Shown here one piece after another: positions 58,961 to 64,000 of a stretch of 64,000 nucleotides of DNA (the first letter of the stretch is position 1; every line of letters begins with the position of its first letter). The stretch lies in NCBI RefSeq assembly GCF_009914755.1, contig NC_060946.1. One strand, written 5' to 3'. The notes below the pieces were generated by a model, which saw only the letters and a program-made list of their open reading frames with translations, was not told the DNA's origin and searched no databases. The position numbers and the translations under genes were made by a program. Source of the stretch: the human T2T-CHM13v2.0 reference genome, Homo sapiens.

Positions 58961-61900
58961 CCGTTCCATTCCATTCCATTCCATTCCATTCCATTCCATT
59001 CCATTCCATTCCATTCCATTCCGTTCCGTTCCATTCCATTCTTGTTGATTCCATTCCATTCCACACCAATGCATTCCATTCCATTCAAATCCACTCGCAT
59101 TCAATCTATTCCATTGAATTTCATTCCGTTCTGTTCCATTCCATTCCATTGCATTCCATACCATTCCATTCCACTCGGGATGATTCCATTGCATTCCATT
59201 ATATTCCGTTCCATTCCATTCCATTCCATTCCACTCCATTCCATTCCACTCGGGTTGATTCCATTCCATTCTATTCCATTCCATTCCATTCCATTCCATT
59301 CCATTCCACTCGGGTTGTTTCCATTCCATTCCTTTCCATTTCATTCTATTCCATTCCATTCCATTCCATTCCATTGTATTCCATTCCTTTCCATTCTTCT
59401 CCGGTTATTCCATTCCATTCCGTTCCATTCCACTCGGCTTTTTTCCATTCCATTGCATTCCTTTTTATTCCATTCCATTCCATTCCATTAAATTCCATTC
59501 CATTCTGTTCCACTCGGGTACATTCCATTCCATTCCATTCCATTCCATTCCATTCCATTAGTTTCTAATGTGGTTGATTCCAATCCATTCCATTATATTC
59601 AAGTCATTTCCATTCCATGCCATTGCACTCGAGTTCTTTCCATTTTGTTGTATTCCATTCCATTCCACTCCATTCCATTCCATTCCATTCCTTTCCATTC
59701 CATTCCATTCCTTCCATACCATTCCATCAAAGTTGATTGCATGTTATTCCATTCCATTCCATTCCATTCCATTCCATTCCATTCCATTCCACTCCATTCC
59801 TTTCCACTCGGGTTGATTCCATTCCATTCAATTCCGTTCCTTTCCGTTCCATTCCATTCCATTCCATTTCATTCCATTGCATTCCACTCGGGTTGATTCC
59901 ATTCCATTCCATTCCATTCCATTCCATTCCATTCCATTCCATTCCCTTCGGGTTGATTCCTTTCCATTCAATTCCATTCCATACCATTCTATTCCATTCC
60001 GTTCCATTCCATTCGGGTTGATTCCGTTCCATTCCATGCCCTTTTATTCCATTCCATTCCATTCCCTTCCATACCATTCCACCAAAGTTGATTGCATGTT
60101 ATTCCTTTCCATTCCATTCCATTCCATTCCATTCCATTCCATTCCATTCCATACCATTCCACCAAAGTTGATTGCATGCTATTCCATTTCATTCCATTCC
60201 ATTCCATTCCATTCCATTCCATTCCATTCCTTTCCTCTCGGGTTGATTCCATTCCTTTCAATTCCGTTCCGTTCCGTTCCGTTCCGTTCCGTTCCATTCC
60301 ATTGCATTTCATTCCATTGCATTCCACTCGGGTTGATTCCATTCCATTCCATTCCATTCTATTCCATACCCTTCGGGTTGATTCCTTTCCATTCCATTCC
60401 ATTCCATACCATTCCACTCCATTCCTTTCCATTCCATTCCGGTTGATTCCATTCTGTTCCATTCCGTTCCATTCCATTCCATACCATTCCACTAGGGTTG
60501 ATTCCATACCATTCCATTCCATTGCATTCCATTCCATTCCATTCCACTCGGGTTGATTCTATTCCATTCCATTCCATTCCGTTCCATTCCTTTCCACTCG
60601 GGTTGATTTCATTCCATTCAATTCCGTTCCATTCCATTCCGTTCCATTCCATTCCATTTCATTCCATTGCATTTCACTCGTGTTGATTCCATTCCATTCC
60701 ACTCCATTGCATTCCATTCCATTCCATTCCATACCCTTCGAGTTGATTCCTTTCCATTCCATTCCATTCCGTACCATTCCACTCCATTCCGTTCCATTAT
60801 ATTCGGGTTGATTCCGTTCCATTCCATGACCTTTTTTTCCATTCTATTCCATTCCATTCCATTCCATTCCATTCCATACCATACCATTCCACCAAAGTTG
60901 ACTGCATGTTATCCCATTTCATTCCATTCCATTCCATTCCATTCCATTACTTTCAACTCGGGTTGATTCCATTCCTTTCAATTCCGTTCCATTCCGTTCC
61001 GTTCCATTCCATTCCATTTCATTCAATTGCATTCCACTCGGGTTGATTCCTTTCCATTCCATTCCATTCCATACCATTCCACTCCATTCCGTTCCATTCC
61101 ATTCTGGTTCATTCCATTCCGTTCCATTCCGTTCCATTCCATTCCATACCATTCCACTAGGGTTGATTCCATACCATTCCATTCCATTGCATTCCATTCC
61201 ATTCCATTCCACTCGGGTTGATTCCATTCCATTCCATTCCGTTCCATTCCATTCCACTGCATTACATTACATTCCATTCCACTCCAGTTAATTCCGTTCC
61301 TTTCCATTCCAATCCATTCCATTCCATTGGGGTCCATTCCATTCCATTCCATTCAATTCCATCCCATTCCATTCCATTCATTCTTTTCCATTCCATTCCA
61401 TTCCACTCGGGTTGATTCCATTCCATTCCATTGCATTCCATTAAATTCCATTCCATTCCATTCCACTCGGGTAGATTCCATTCCATTCCATTCCTTTCCA
61501 TTCCATTCCATTCCACTCCTTTCCATTAGTTTCTAATCGGGTTGATTCCAATCCATTCCATTATATTCAAGTCCTTTCCATTCCATGCCATTCCACTCGG
61601 GTTGTTTCCATTTTGTTGTATTCCATTCCATTCCATTCCATTCCATTGCATTCCCTTCCATTCCATTCCATTCCATTCCATTCCATTGCATTCCATTCCA
61701 CTCAGGTTGTTTCCTTTCCGTTGCATTAGTTTCCATTCCATTCCATTCCTTTCCAATCCATTCCACTCAGGGTGATTCCATTCCTTTCCATTCCAATTCT
61801 TTCCATTCCTGTTGATACCATTGCATTGCATTGTTTCCATTCCATTCCATTCCATTCCACTCGGTTTTATTCATTTCCATTCCATTCCATTCCATTCAAT

Positions 61901-62119
61901 TCCATTCCATTCCATTCCATTGCATTCCATTCCACTCGGGTTGTTTCCTTTCCGTTCCATTAATTTCCATTCCATTCCATTCCTTTCCATTCCTTTCCAC
62001 TCAGGGTGATTCCATTGCTTTCCATTCCAATTCTTTCCATTCCAGTTGATACCATTGCATTGCATTGTTTCCTTTCCATTCCATTCCATTCCACTCGGTT
62101 TTATTCATTTCCATTCCAT

Positions 62120-62295
62120 TCCATTCCATTCCATTCCATTCCATTCCATTCATGTCGGGTTGATTACATTCCATTTCATTCCCTTTTATTCCATTCCATT
62201 CCATTCCATTCCATTCCATTCCATTCCATTCCATTCATGTCGGGTTGATTACATTCCATTTCATTCCCTTTTATTCCATTCCATTCCATTCCATT
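62120..62295 (+). repeat. 85-bp tandem duplication
   Basis: CATGTCGGGTTGATTACATTCCATTTCATTCCCTTTT occurs at 62151 and 62236. Confidence 0.88.
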
Positions 62296-64000
62296 CCATA
62301 CCCTTCGGGTTGATTCCTCTCCATTCCATTCCATTCCATACCATTCCACTCCATTCCATTCCATTCCATTCCATTCTGGTTGATTCCATTCTGTTGAATT
62401 TCTTTCCATTCCAATCCATTGCATTCCATTCCATTCCATTCCATTCCATTCCATTCCATTCCATTCTATTCCACTCGAGTTAATTCCATTCCTTTGAATT
62501 CCATTGCTTTCCATTCCTTTCCATTCCATTCCTTTTCATTCTATTACACTCGGGTTGTTTCCATTCCATTCATTTCTTTTCCATTCCATTCCATTCCATT
62601 CTTTTCCATTCCACTCATGTTGATTCCATTCTTTCCATTCCATTCCATCCCATTTCATTCCATTCCATTCCATTCCAGTTGATTCCATTGCATTCCATTC
62701 CATTCCATTCCGTTCTATTCCTTTCCGTTCCACTCGGGTTGATTCCATTCCATTCCATTCCATTCCATTCCATTCCATTCCATTCCATTCCATTGCACTC
62801 GGGTTGATGCCATTCCATTCCAATCCATTTTATTCCTTTCCATTCCATTCCATTCCATACCATTCCATTGGAGTGGATTCCATAACATTCCATTACATTG
62901 CATTCCGTTCCTTTCCATTCCATTCCATTCCACACGTGTTGTTTCCATTCCATTCTTTTCCATTCCATTGAATTCCATTCCTTTCCATTTGGGTTGATTC
63001 CGTTCCATTCCATTCCATTCCATTACACTCCATTCCATTCCGTTCCACTCCATTCCATTCCATTCAATTCAATTCCACTCCATTCCAATCCACTCGTGTT
63101 CATTCCATTCCATTCCATTCTTGCCCGTTCCTTTCCATTCTATTCCGTTCCATTCCACTCCCTTACACTCGTGTTCATTCCATTCCGTTCCGTTCCATTC
63201 CATTCCATTCATTTCCATTCCTTTCCATTGCACTCCACTCGGGTTGATTCCATTCCATTCCATTCTATTCCATTCCGTTCAATTAAATTCCATTCCATTC
63301 CATTCCATTGCATTCCAGTTCATTCCATTCTTTTCCATTCTATTCCATTCCCTTCCATTCCATTCCATTCCCTTCCATTCCATTCCATTCAATTCAATTC
63401 CGTTGCATTGGAATCGGTTTGATTCCAATCCATTCCATTACATTCCAGTCTTTTCCATTCCATTCCATTCCACTCGGTTTGTTTCCATTACGTTGAATTG
63501 TATTCCATTCCATTCCATTCCATTCCATTCCATTCCATTGAAATTCATTGCATTTCATTCCACTCGGTTTGTTTCCTTTCCATTCCATTAGTTTCCAATA
63601 AATTCCATTCCTTTCATTCCATTCCATTCCATTCCACTCAGGTTGATTCCGTTCCATTCCATTCCATTCCATTCCATTCTAGTTGATTCCATTGCATTCC
63701 GTGCTGTTCCATTCCATTCCACTGCATTCGAATCCATTCCACTTGGGTTGATTCCATTCCATTCCATTCCATTCAATTACCTTCCATTGCGTTCCACTCG
63801 GGTTGATTCCATTACATTCCATTGCATTCCATTCCATTCCATTGCATTGCATTTCCTTCCATTCCAGTTGATTCCATTCCATTCCATTCCATTCCATTCC
63901 ATTCTATTCCACTAGTGTTAATTTCATTCGATTCCATTCCATTCCTGTTTTCCCTTCCATTCCATTCCATTCCATTCCACTCGGGTTGACTACATTCCAT

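Larger units (their letters stand above)
1..64000 (+). repeat. Human satellite 3 (HSat3 / Satellite III)-type array, C-rich (CATTC)n strand on +
   Basis: Continuous CATTC pentamers with diverged units (CTTTC, CGTTC, CATAC, CATTG, TATTC, AATTC). Recurrent decamer ACTCGGGTTG, reverse complement CAACCCGAGT (e.g. near 1271, 1521, 1891, 1971), is the classical Sat III interspersed motif. Polarity is the same throughout. Confidence 0.97.
51717..64000 (+). repeat. Diverged, rearranged HSat3 layer composed of the same modules as the HOR
   Basis: Contains the same landmarks (GTTGCATTGGAATCGG at ~58000 and ~63402; ATTAGTTTCTAAT at ~53751, 54199, 59557, 61525) with more substitutions and a different order. 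~57.8-64 kb is roughly colinear with HOR ~6.5-13.1 kb. Confidence 0.82.

Noticed and set aside
80-64000. Hundreds of ORFs, including 54440..55717 (425 aa) and 4805..5947 (380 aa)
   Set aside because: Pure (CATTC)n has no stop codon on either strand, so it gives IPFHS/MEWNG repeats in all frames. ORF limits shift between near-identical HOR copies, and no domain-like sequence is present.
1-64000. CRISPR-like repeat/spacer pattern from the recurring ACTCGGGTTG decamer
   Set aside because: The repeat is only 10 bp, the spacers are satellite pentamers of variable length, and there are no cas genes. It is the known Sat III motif.
1-64000. Assignment to a specific array (DYZ1, D15Z1, 9q12) or to HSat2
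   Set aside because: There is no regular 3.6-kb or 1.8-kb period, and the HSat2 pattern (frequent CATTCGATTC, ATGATG) is rare. Chromosome assignment needs a k-mer search that I cannot run.
1-64000. Inversion or Alu/L1 insertion
   Set aside because: No (GGAAT)n tract, poly-A tail or non-satellite island was seen on the + strand.

Overview
The whole 64-kb window is one uninterrupted classical satellite array of the human satellite 3 (HSat3/Sat III) type. The + strand is (CATTC)n, punctuated every few tens to ~150 bp by the decamer ACTCGGGTTG or its variants (G-strand: (GGAAT)n with CAACCCGAGT). This points to human or great-ape pericentromeric or acrocentric heterochromatin; the chromosome and subfamily cannot be assigned by eye. 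I see no credible genes, RNA genes, transposons, CRISPR arrays or inversions, and all listed ORFs are MEWNG/IPFHS pentapeptide artefacts. The informative signal is architectural. (1) There is a ~15.4-kb higher-order repeat (HOR) in three near-identical complete copies (467-15876, 15877-31340, 31341-46760). (2) The copy entering the window lacks ~5.06 kb (junction at ~463-467). (3) A fourth, partial copy becomes more divergent from ~48.25 kb and keeps CpGs that are TpG/CpA in the other copies. (4) At ~51.7 kb there is a sharp switch to a rearranged, more divergent layer built from the same modules, with many local tandem duplications. (5) Inside the HOR lies an older ~5.8-kb sub-periodicity. 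I found no previously undescribed coding system. All alignments were made by eye, helped by ORF-track offsets.
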